Source: an uncultured Gammaproteobacteria bacterium (GTDB lineage: Bacteria; Patescibacteriota; Microgenomatia; Levybacterales; UBA12049). From it: a stretch of 36,878 nucleotides of DNA. Shown piece after piece: positions 27,000-34,158 of this stretch. The notes beneath the pieces were generated by a model. That model saw only the letters and a program-made list of their open reading frames with translations, searched no databases and was not told where the DNA came from. Positions within the stretch are counted from its first letter, which is position 1. Each line of letters starts with the position of its first letter. The stretch covers positions 1 through 36,878 of the forward strand of contig CAZUZF010000003.1 of assembly GCA_964624955.1 (NCBI GenBank), in the 5' to 3' direction. Position numbers and translations under genes: made by a program.

Positions 27000-28892
27000 T
27001 TAATATAATATTCTTAATTTTATTGTTTCTTCTATATTTTTAAGCTTAATTTGTAAATCATCCGAATATTTTTTGTTAATATCTGTAATTACACACCCAA
27101 TTATATCATTTGTGCCTAAGATTTGATTCTCAATATTTGCACCGCTCTCAAAAAGAGCAGTATTAATTTTTGCAAGGACTCCAGGAACGTTTTTATGGAT
27201 ATGGATGAGTCTATGAATTTTTTGCATTTGAGAAAGATTAAGATTCGGAAAGTTAACAGATAGAGTAGTATTCCCAATATCTACAAAATCCATAAGCTTC
27301 TTACTAACAAACTCTCCAATGTCTTCTTGTGCTTCTTCCGTGCTTCCTCCGATGTGAGGAGTAAGAATAACATTTGGTAAGTTTCTAAGCAGTGATGTAA
27401 ATTTCTCTCCATTCCCGTTTGGCTCATTTGGAAAGACATCAACAGCCGTACCCTTAATTTTTCCATTAACAATATATTTACGTAAGGCTTGAATATCCAC
27501 TATAAAGCCCCTGCTTAGATTTAAGAATATGACTCCGTCTTTCATTTTTTTGAACTCTTTTTCACCTATTAAGTTGACATTAGATTTTCTTCCATCAACA
27601 TGTATTGTTATAACATCAGAGAGCTGTAAAAGCTTGGGAAGAGTTTGGCATTTTTTTACGTTTCCAATCGCCAATCTTTCAACTATGTCATAAAAATAAA
27701 CCTCCATGCCTAAACTTTGGGCAATAACCCCAAGTTGCGTGCCGATATTTCCGTAACCCACTATTCCCAAATGTTTTCCTCTAACTTCATGGCTTCCTCT
27801 TGCAGATTTATCCCAAATTCCAAGATGCAATTTATTATTTTTGTCAATTACGTTTCTATAAAGAACTATTATTTCCGCAATCGTAAGCTCGACTACGCTT
27901 TTGGTATTACTGTAAGGAGCATTAAAAACAACTATTCCTTTTTTTGTACATTCCAAAAGGTCGATCCTGTCAGTCCCTATACAAAATGCGCCTATGGCAA
28001 TTAGTTTCGGAGCATTTTCCAAAACTTTTTTGGAAATGGCGGTTTTTGATCTGACACCAAGTATTGAGACGTCTTTGATTTTTTCTATGAGACTTTCTTC
28101 ATCCAAAGCATTTTCTAAAAGTTCGGCATCGTATCCCTGATCTTCAAATTTTCTTGCTGCAGATTTATCAATATTTTCAGTTAATAAAACCTTCATCTTG
28201 CTTTTTGGATAAGACAGAGCCCTTGGGAGATTTAGGGAAAACAAAAACTCATCAAAACTATGAACTATTAAATCTGCTTTTTTAACTACGCTTTCTCTTT
28301 TTACATTCTCACAAAAGGCGACAAATTTTACGCTTTTGTTTAGCTTCTTTATTTCAAAATCCGTATATCCATCTCCTAAAACAAACACATTTCCTTCTAA
28401 ATGTAATGATTTTACGACTCTTGCCTTACCGTTTTCTTGAGAGAGAATATTTTTCTTGTCAAATCCCAAAACCTTATTGTTTTTACAAATAAAACTATTA
28501 GAAAGAATATGGTTTTCTAAAATACCAAACTTTTTAACAACAGGATAAATATATTCCTTAAATCCTCCGGAGATAATATAGATATTATCACTATGTTTTT
28601 TGAAAAAATCTTTATTCCTTTTAATAGAAGGCGTAATTTTTGTTTTAAGATGTTTTATTAGTTTATCTATATCCTCCTTTTTTATTGGGAGAAGAGATAA
28701 TCTTTTTGATAAAGACTCTGAAAACTTTATCTTTCCTTCCATGCCTAAAGCTGTAGTTTTCTTAATTTCCTTCGTAATTTCATCTTTATCGAGATTTTCT
28801 TTAAGAACAATCTCTGAAAGTTCGTCAATTGCTTCCACCTTTATAAAAGTGCTGTCAAAATCAATTATGTAATAGTTTTTCATTTTTACCAT
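27000..28892 (-). CDS. serA: Bifunctional fusion of phosphoserine phosphatase (HAD, SerB-type) and D-3-phosphoglycerate dehydrogenase (E. coli-type SerA with ACT domain)
   Basis: 630 aa. Residues 1-~230 carry IIDFDSTFI (DxDxT), ISGGF and GDGYTD. Residues ~233-630 are collinear with E. coli SerA (GAFCIGTDRIDL, GIVGYGNIGTQLG, TPHIGGSTEEAQ, HRLIHIHKNVPGVLAKIN, ...KLRILY). Confidence 0.88.
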   Translation of the reverse strand: MVKMKNYYIIDFDSTFIKVEAIDELSEIVLKENLDKDEITKEIKKTTALGMEGKIKFSESLSKRLSLLPIKKEDIDKLIKHLKTKITPSIKRNKDFFKKHSDNIYIISGGFKEYIYPVVKKFGILENHILSNSFICKNNKVLGFDKKNILSQENGKARVVKSLHLEGNVFVLGDGYTDFEIKKLNKSVKFVAFCENVKRESVVKKADLIVHSFDEFLFSLNLPRALSYPKSKMKVLLTENIDKSAARKFEDQGYDAELLENALDEESLIEKIKDVSILGVRSKTAISKKVLENAPKLIAIGAFCIGTDRIDLLECTKKGIVVFNAPYSNTKSVVELTIAEIIVLYRNVIDKNNKLHLGIWDKSARGSHEVRGKHLGIVGYGNIGTQLGVIAQSLGMEVYFYDIVERLAIGNVKKCQTLPKLLQLSDVITIHVDGRKSNVNLIGEKEFKKMKDGVIFLNLSRGFIVDIQALRKYIVNGKIKGTAVDVFPNEPNGNGEKFTSLLRNLPNVILTPHIGGSTEEAQEDIGEFVSKKLMDFVDIGNTTLSVNFPNLNLSQMQKIHRLIHIHKNVPGVLAKINTALFESGANIENQILGTNDIIGCVITDINKKYSDDLQIKLKNIEETIKLRILY

Positions 28893-28893
28893 T

Positions 28894-28915
28894 AAAAAAC
28901 CTCCCTTTTGGGAGG
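28894..28915 (-). terminator. Hairpin CCUCCC-AAAA-GGGAGG followed by U6, 1 nt before the serB-serA ATG. It reads as an intrinsic terminator, and its 3' arm is also the Shine-Dalgarno.
   Basis: Minus strand reads gcagagCCTCCCaaaaGGGAGGttttttaATG. The stem is plus 28900-28905 / 28910-28915 and the T-run is 28894-28899. Confidence 0.55.
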
Positions 28916-29028
28916 CTCTGCTTGTTATTTGTTATTTCTTACAATACCATAAACCTCCCAAAGTTCAAATAGGAACTTAATGAAGGTGAAAAATTATTGT
29001 AAACGTCAACTCTGCTATTCATGTTTTT

Positions 29029-29056
29029 ATTATACATTAACAATCTTAACTGTCAA
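29029..29056 (-). promoter_or_regulatory. Near-consensus sigma-70-type promoter (TTGACA - 16 nt - TATAAT) between the secA stop and serB-serA
   Basis: Minus strand reads TTGACAgttaagattgttaatgTATAAT. The -35 is at 29051-29056 and the -10 at 29029-29034, which predicts a leader of about 130 nt. Confidence 0.5.
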
Positions 29057-29065
29057 TAAAGAATT

Positions 29066-31768
29066 TTAGTTAGGCCAGTGACAATTTTTATATTTAACAG
29101 GAGTACCATCTGGTTTTTTATTTCCACACCAACATGGATCATTTCTTCCAAGTTTCTTCTTTGGCTTAATAGTTTTTTGATTATCTGATACTTCTTTGTT
29201 TATATTTTCTCCTGCTGCACTTTGGGTAACACCAGGTCTATCTAGTGGATTTTCAACAGGTGGATTTTGATGGACATGAATTTTATAAATTCTATGTACC
29301 ATTTCATCATCTATTGCATTTATTAATTGTTCAAACATTGTATACGCTTCATTTTTGTACTCAACTAACGGGTCTTTTTGGCCGTATCCTCTTAGACCAA
29401 TGCCCTGTCTTAAGTTGTCTATTGCGTCTAAGTGATCTACCCAAAGATTATCAATAACAGAAAGCGAGACAAATTTTTCAAGCTGCCTCATAACATCCTC
29501 TCCCATATCTTTTTCTCTTTTTTGATAAATATCATTTGCAATATTTACTAAAAAGTTTATTTTATCTTGCAAACTTCTAAGTTGCTCAAGCTGGCTGACA
29601 ATTTGCTTTAGTGACGGTTCATCAAAGGGAATAATCGTTCCGAAACTTTCTGCCATTTTTTCAGAAGGTGATTTTCCATCCTCAAAGCCTTCTAAATACA
29701 TATTTACAATCTCGGCAATACTTGCATGGATTTTTTCAATTAAATCCTCTCTTAAGTTACTGGATTTTTCATCTGTTTCTAAAATTGTTCTTCGTCTTTG
29801 ATAAATTATTTCTCTTTGTTTGTTTAATACATCATCATAGTCAACCAAATGTTTTCTGATATCAAAATTATACCCTTCAACCTTAACTTGGGCTTGCTCG
29901 ATAGCACGGGATACAAGAGGATGTTGAAGGGGAACGTCTTCTGGCATGTTAAATCTGGTCATAAGAGAAGAAATTGTATCTCCTCCAAAAAGCCTCATAA
30001 TATCGTCATCAAGGCCTACAAAAAACTGTGAAAGACCAGGGTCTCCTTGTCTTCCACTTCTTCCCCGCAGTTGATTATCAATTCTCCTTGACTCATGTCT
30101 TTCAGTTCCAATAACATATAATCCTTCTAAGCTTACTACCTCCTTGTGTCTCCTTTCCCATTGACTCCACTCCTTTGAATCTTTCTTATCAGTTCCATCA
30201 GGATTTTTAGGAGGCTGACCGCCTAAGATAATATCAACGCCGCGTCCTGCCATATTGGTTGCAACAGTAACTGCGCCTTTTTCTCCTGCTTTTGCAATAA
30301 TTTCAGCTTCTCTTTCATGGTTTTTGGCATTTAAGATTTCATGTTTTATACCTTTTCTTTTTAGAAGTTCGCTTACTATCTCATTTTTATCAATTGAGGT
30401 TGTTCCAACCAAAACAGGCTGTCCTTTTTTGTGTGCTTTTTCAATTTCAAGTGCAACAGCAGTAAACTTTGCCCTTGCTGTTTTGTATATTGCATCTGGC
30501 ATATCCCCTCTTATCATGTCTTTGTGTGTTGGGATAACAATAACATCAAGCTTATAAATTTTATGAAACTCTTCTGCTTCTGTTACCGCAGTTCCTGTCA
30601 TACCTGCCAAAATTTCATACATTCTAAAGTAGTTTTGCAGTGATACTGTTGCAAGTGTTTTAGATTCTCGCTGAATTGATACATTTTCTTTTGCCTCTAT
30701 TGCCTGGTGAAGCCCTTCAGAAAGCCTTCTTCCAATCATAAGTCTTCCTGTAAACTCATCAACCAAGATTACTTCACCCTCCTTTACTATATAATCTTTT
30801 TCTTTGTGAAATAGGGTTCTTGCTTTAAGTGCCGCTTCTAAATGATAAACAGTATCAAAGTCTTTCTCATAAATGTTGGCAATACCATAAAGCTTTTCAA
30901 TCTTTCCAATTCCATGGTCTGTTAAATGAGCGGTTCTAAGTTTCTCATCAATTTTGTAGTCAATTTCAGGCGTTAGTTTGTCAACCAGTCTTGCATACTC
31001 ATAATATTTCTGCGTTGGCTCTTCATCCGGTGCTGAAATAATATGGGGAGTTCTTGCCTCATCAATTAAAACAGAGTCAACTTCATCAACAATGGCAAAA
31101 TAAAAACCTCTTTGTGTCAGCGAATTTTTGTCTTGTGCCATATTATCCCTTAGATAATCAAAACCAAACTCGGAATTTATGCCATAAACAATATCAGTTT
31201 CATAAGCCTTCCTTCTTTCAATTGGTGACAAATGCATTAGTCTTACATCCAAAGCTTCTTTATTGGTAAATTTGGGATCAAATAAAAAAGACTGCTCGCT
31301 TATTATTGAAGAAACAGTTAATCCCAAAAAATTAAAGATTGGACCCATCCAACCAGCATCTCTTCTTGCCAAATAATCATTGACAGTAACCAAATGAACA
31401 CTTTTACCTGTAAGGGCATGTAAAAAAAGTGCTGGGGTAGCAGACAATGTTTTTCCTTCTCCTGTTTTTTGCTCTGCAATTTTTCCACGGGCCAAAGAGG
31501 CTGCTGCCATAAGCTGAACATCAAAAAGCCTTAAACCCAATGTTCTTACACCTGCTTCTCTAACCAAGGCAAAAGCTTCAGCCATGATACTTTCCAGTGG
31601 TTCGCCGTCTTCTACTCTTTCTTTTAGCTGCCTTGTTTTTTTGGGGAAATCCAAAGCCTTTAATTTTTTGACTTTTTCCTCCAAGCTATTAATTTGTTCA
31701 ACTAAGGTATCAAGTTTGCCAATTTCTTTTTCGTTTGTGTCAAATAATTTACCAAAGATATTTAACAT
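29066..31768 (-). CDS. secA: Preprotein translocase ATPase SecA
   Basis: 900 aa with the DEAD-like motor motifs (MATGEGKT-like QKTGEGKTL, DEVDSVLIDEARTP, TNMAGRGVDI) and a C-terminal zinc-finger tail CWCGNKKPDGTPVKYKNCH. Confidence 0.95.
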   Translation of the reverse strand: MLNIFGKLFDTNEKEIGKLDTLVEQINSLEEKVKKLKALDFPKKTRQLKERVEDGEPLESIMAEAFALVREAGVRTLGLRLFDVQLMAAASLARGKIAEQKTGEGKTLSATPALFLHALTGKSVHLVTVNDYLARRDAGWMGPIFNFLGLTVSSIISEQSFLFDPKFTNKEALDVRLMHLSPIERRKAYETDIVYGINSEFGFDYLRDNMAQDKNSLTQRGFYFAIVDEVDSVLIDEARTPHIISAPDEEPTQKYYEYARLVDKLTPEIDYKIDEKLRTAHLTDHGIGKIEKLYGIANIYEKDFDTVYHLEAALKARTLFHKEKDYIVKEGEVILVDEFTGRLMIGRRLSEGLHQAIEAKENVSIQRESKTLATVSLQNYFRMYEILAGMTGTAVTEAEEFHKIYKLDVIVIPTHKDMIRGDMPDAIYKTARAKFTAVALEIEKAHKKGQPVLVGTTSIDKNEIVSELLKRKGIKHEILNAKNHEREAEIIAKAGEKGAVTVATNMAGRGVDIILGGQPPKNPDGTDKKDSKEWSQWERRHKEVVSLEGLYVIGTERHESRRIDNQLRGRSGRQGDPGLSQFFVGLDDDIMRLFGGDTISSLMTRFNMPEDVPLQHPLVSRAIEQAQVKVEGYNFDIRKHLVDYDDVLNKQREIIYQRRRTILETDEKSSNLREDLIEKIHASIAEIVNMYLEGFEDGKSPSEKMAESFGTIIPFDEPSLKQIVSQLEQLRSLQDKINFLVNIANDIYQKREKDMGEDVMRQLEKFVSLSVIDNLWVDHLDAIDNLRQGIGLRGYGQKDPLVEYKNEAYTMFEQLINAIDDEMVHRIYKIHVHQNPPVENPLDRPGVTQSAAGENINKEVSDNQKTIKPKKKLGRNDPCWCGNKKPDGTPVKYKNCHWPN

Positions 31769-31770
31769 AC

Positions 31771-31881
31771 TTACTCAAGTCTAGCACATTCTAGCCTCAA
31801 AAAAAATCCCTCAACCTTGAGGATGAGGGATCCCAATTGATCAATTGGTAAATTTGGTAATGCTCCAAATAGCTTACCCAT
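31771..31881 (-). CDS. Candidate upstream mini-ORF 2 (36 codons, MGKLFGALPNLPIDQLGSLILKVEGFFLRLECARLE), ending 2 nt before the secA ATG
   Basis: My own translation of the minus strand. The ATG follows the TAA of mini-ORF 1 in the same frame (agaTAAATGggt). The ORF spans the palindrome and the terminator hairpin. It is below the track length cutoff. Confidence 0.3.
   Translation of the reverse strand: MGKLFGALPNLPIDQLGSLILKVEGFFLRLECARLE
31799..31830 (-). terminator. Strong intrinsic-terminator-like hairpin plus U8 upstream of secA
   Basis: Minus strand reads UCCCUCAuCCucaaGGuUGAGGGA followed by UUUUUUUU. It forms 7 bp, one mismatch and 2 bp with a tetraloop (plus 31807-31830), and the A-run is at plus 31799-31806. 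Confidence 0.7.
31833..31848. repeat. Perfect 16-bp palindrome CCAATTGATCAATTGG
   Basis: Read directly from the sequence. It lies 2 nt from the terminator stem and is preceded on the minus strand by a tandem TTACCAAAT/TTACCAATT repeat. Confidence 0.9.
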
Positions 31882-31911
31882 TTATCTCTTCTTCTTTCTT
31901 CTCTTTGCCAT
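31882..31911 (-). CDS. Candidate upstream mini-ORF 1 (9 codons, MAKRRKKKR) with a good Shine-Dalgarno
   Basis: Minus strand reads aaaGGTAGGTGAaatataATGgcaaagagaagaaagaagaagagaTAA. The SD-like GGTGA lies 6 nt before the ATG. Confidence 0.3.
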   Translation of the reverse strand: MAKRRKKKR

Positions 31912-31979
31912 TATATTTCACCTACCTTTCTTTTAGAACTAGTCTTTTAATCTAAAAATAGTACTTAACTTAAGTTTAT

Positions 31980-32006
31980 ATTGTAATATTTTAAGTCTAA
32001 TGTCAA
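31980..32006 (-). promoter_or_regulatory. Possible promoter for the secA leader (TTGACA, then TACAAT after a 15-nt spacer)
   Basis: Minus strand reads TTGACAttagacttaaaatatTACAAT. The -35 is perfect but the spacer is short, so this is tentative. Confidence 0.3.
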
Positions 32007-32077
32007 GAAATTTTGCTTGCTTCAAAACGAGGACTTTAGATTGATTTAGCAGTAAATTTTAATAAAGCTTCCTTTTA

Positions 32078-33301
32078 CTATTTTATTACACTTTTACCCA
32101 AATATTTTTGCAAAATCTTTGGAATTAAAATACTACCGTCTTTTTGCTGATAATTTTCCAAAATTGCAATGATTGGTCTTGTGGAAAACGCAGTACCATT
32201 TAAAATATTTACATATTTTCTCAAATCTCCATCCTGGTATTTAACATTAAGCCTCCTTGCTTGGAAATCAGTTGTTGTAGAAGTTGACGTAACTTCCCTG
32301 TACTTTCCCTCTGAGGGAATCCAGGCCTCTAAATCATATTTTCTTGCAGTTGGATAACCTAAATCGCCAGTACACATTTTTACAACCTGGTAGGGAATGT
32401 TTAAAGCCGAAAGCAACTTTTCTTCTAAGGACAAAAGATATTCGTGTTCTTTATCATCTTCTCCCTCTTTGGTAAAAGAAACCATCTCGACTTTATCAAA
32501 CTGGTGAACTCTTAAAATTCCTCTTGTATCTTTTCCATAACTTCCAGCTTCTCTTCTAAAACAGGTTGAAAACCCAACGTACCTTCTGGGAAGATCTTTG
32601 GCATTTAAAATTTCATCTTTGTGTATTGCAACAATAGATTGTTCACTTGTTCCAACTAAAACAAGATCGTCTTTATCTAAAATATACATGTCTTTATCTC
32701 CGCCGTTTTCCATGTACCCAAGCCCTCTCATTACTTGCGTTTTTATTAATACAGGCGGAATTATGGGGATGAATCCTTCTTTTAAGAGAATATCAAGCGC
32801 AAGTTGTCGTAGAGCAAACTCTAAAAGCACTCCATCATTTTTTAAATAATAAAATCTTGCACCTGAGATTTTAGAAGCCCTGGTAACGTCAATAATGTCT
32901 AAGTTTTCTCCTAAAAATAGGTGATCTTTTGGCTTAAAATCAAATTTTGTGGGATTTCCTACTTTCTTTATTACCTCATTATTCTTTTCATCTTTGCCAA
33001 CTTTTACATCGTCCTTTGCAATATTTGGAATTTTCAAAAGATATATATTTAATTCTTCCCTAACTGCATTTAGAGCGTGTTCATGTTGTTCAAGTTTTAT
33101 TTTTATTTCCTTACCCTTTTGAATATTTTTGTCTTTTGCTGCCCTATTTCTTTGTTCACGAAGAGATTGAACCATTGTATCAAGCCCTCGAACTTTATTA
33201 TCAAGCTCTAGTACATGTTCAATATTAACTTCAATACCCTTGTCTTTTGCTTTTTTTACGATAAGTTCAGGATTTTCTCTAATAAATTTAATATCAAGCA
33301 T
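32078..33301 (-). CDS. serS: Seryl-tRNA synthetase
   Basis: 407 aa with MLDIKFIRENPE, an N-terminal coiled-coil arm, and class II motifs FRREAGSYGKDTRGILRVHQF and GTAFSTRPIIAILENYQ. Confidence 0.93.
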   Translation of the reverse strand: MLDIKFIRENPELIVKKAKDKGIEVNIEHVLELDNKVRGLDTMVQSLREQRNRAAKDKNIQKGKEIKIKLEQHEHALNAVREELNIYLLKIPNIAKDDVKVGKDEKNNEVIKKVGNPTKFDFKPKDHLFLGENLDIIDVTRASKISGARFYYLKNDGVLLEFALRQLALDILLKEGFIPIIPPVLIKTQVMRGLGYMENGGDKDMYILDKDDLVLVGTSEQSIVAIHKDEILNAKDLPRRYVGFSTCFRREAGSYGKDTRGILRVHQFDKVEMVSFTKEGEDDKEHEYLLSLEEKLLSALNIPYQVVKMCTGDLGYPTARKYDLEAWIPSEGKYREVTSTSTTTDFQARRLNVKYQDGDLRKYVNILNGTAFSTRPIIAILENYQQKDGSILIPKILQKYLGKSVIK

Positions 33302-33899
33302 ATTTTTTAATAATAGGTATTAATTTTTGGATAGCTTTATATCTGTGATTATATAACTTTTGCTCTAGATTTGAAAGTTCGTTTTCGTAAAAGAACTTTT
33401 TTATTTTAGGAAGGTAAAAGAATGACCTGAAAGGATACCCTTTTATAAAATTTGGTTTTGGGTTTTTAGAAATTATTCCGTTTACTTGTCCTGCTCTACT
33501 AAAAACTTTACCGTTAGGAAGGGCAAATGAGACAATTGTTCTAAATCTTGCTTTCCTGTTGTTATCAGGCAATATCTTTAAAATTTTAAACATGTGATTT
33601 ATCAATTCTTCATCAGTAGAATGATGCCCAAGCCATCTTCTTGTTTGAATGCCTGGCTTATTATTCAGTGCTGATATTTCAATTCCGCCATCATCTGCAA
33701 TTGTTAAAAGATTTGAGATTTTTGCAAAAAACAAAGCTTTCTTGACAGAATTTTGTCTATATGTTTTTCCATCCTCTTTAATGTCTTTGTCAATTTTTAA
33801 ATCTTCCAAAGAAACAAGCTCAAAAGATAATTGCTTTAAAAAATCTTTAAATTCATTAAATTTCCCCAAGTTTTTGGTTGCGATGAGAATCTTTTTCAC
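33294..33899 (-). CDS. rdgB: Non-canonical purine NTP (dITP/XTP) pyrophosphatase, RdgB/HAM1 family
   Basis: 201 aa with ILIATKNLGKFNEF and ADDGGIEISALNNKPG. It has a GTG start and overlaps serS by 8 nt. Confidence 0.8.
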   Translation of the reverse strand: MKKILIATKNLGKFNEFKDFLKQLSFELVSLEDLKIDKDIKEDGKTYRQNSVKKALFFAKISNLLTIADDGGIEISALNNKPGIQTRRWLGHHSTDEELINHMFKILKILPDNNRKARFRTIVSFALPNGKVFSRAGQVNGIISKNPKPNFIKGYPFRSFFYLPKIKKFFYENELSNLEQKLYNHRYKAIQKLIPIIKKYA

Positions 33900-33906
33900 A
33901 AAAAAG

Positions 33907-33915
33907 AGTATACCA
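33907..33915 (-). promoter_or_regulatory. Extended -10 element TGgTATACT 7 nt upstream of the rdgB GTG start, with no Shine-Dalgarno
   Basis: Minus strand reads aaagTGgTATACTcttttttGTGaaaaag. Confidence 0.3.
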
Positions 33916-33957
33916 CTTTTAAAATTTAACCATATAGTGTTATATAATGGGGCGAAA

Positions 33958-34158
33958 ATGGTAGAGAAAGATAGAATTACAGATGAAGCTGCTAAACCTA
34001 ATACGCAAATATCCCCTCAAGGATTAGATTCTGGTGTAATTAATCATTTATCTGAAGATGAACCATATCATCAAAAAGTGAGACTTTGGAGAAGGATAAG
34101 AAGACACCAAAGAGTATTTGATTTAACAAGAAGAAACTCCAGGTCTAGACCTCATTAA
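33958..34158 (+). CDS. Orphan small basic protein (66 aa), hypothetical
   Basis: This is the internal ATG of the 33649-34158 track ORF that falls inside the 245-nt gap. TATAAT lies at 33943-33948, 9 nt upstream. The C terminus RLWRRIRRHQRVFDLTRRNSRSRPH is very basic. The 3' end overlaps the convergent lysK by 14 nt. Confidence 0.3.
   Translation: MVEKDRITDEAAKPNTQISPQGLDSGVINHLSEDEPYHQKVRLWRRIRRHQRVFDLTRRNSRSRPH

Noticed and set aside
28939-28950. A three-codon mini-ORF (ATG GTA TTG TAA) directly after the upstream GGGAGG in the serB-serA leader, considered as a possible leader peptide.
   Set aside because: The SD-to-ATG spacing is only 3 nt, too short for efficient initiation. The peptide, MVL, contains no Ser or Gly codons that would suggest attenuation logic. 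I treat the GGGAGG as an RNA pairing element instead.
33900-34144. Possible tRNA, tmRNA or SRP RNA in the gap, prompted by GGGGCGAAAAUGGUAGAG, which superficially resembles a tmRNA or tRNA 5' end.
   Set aside because: I found no matching 3' acceptor strand, T-loop (GTTCGAATC-like) or CCA context. The gap is too short for tmRNA. I could not draw a convincing cloverleaf or SRP domain IV motif. A covariance-model scan is needed for certainty.
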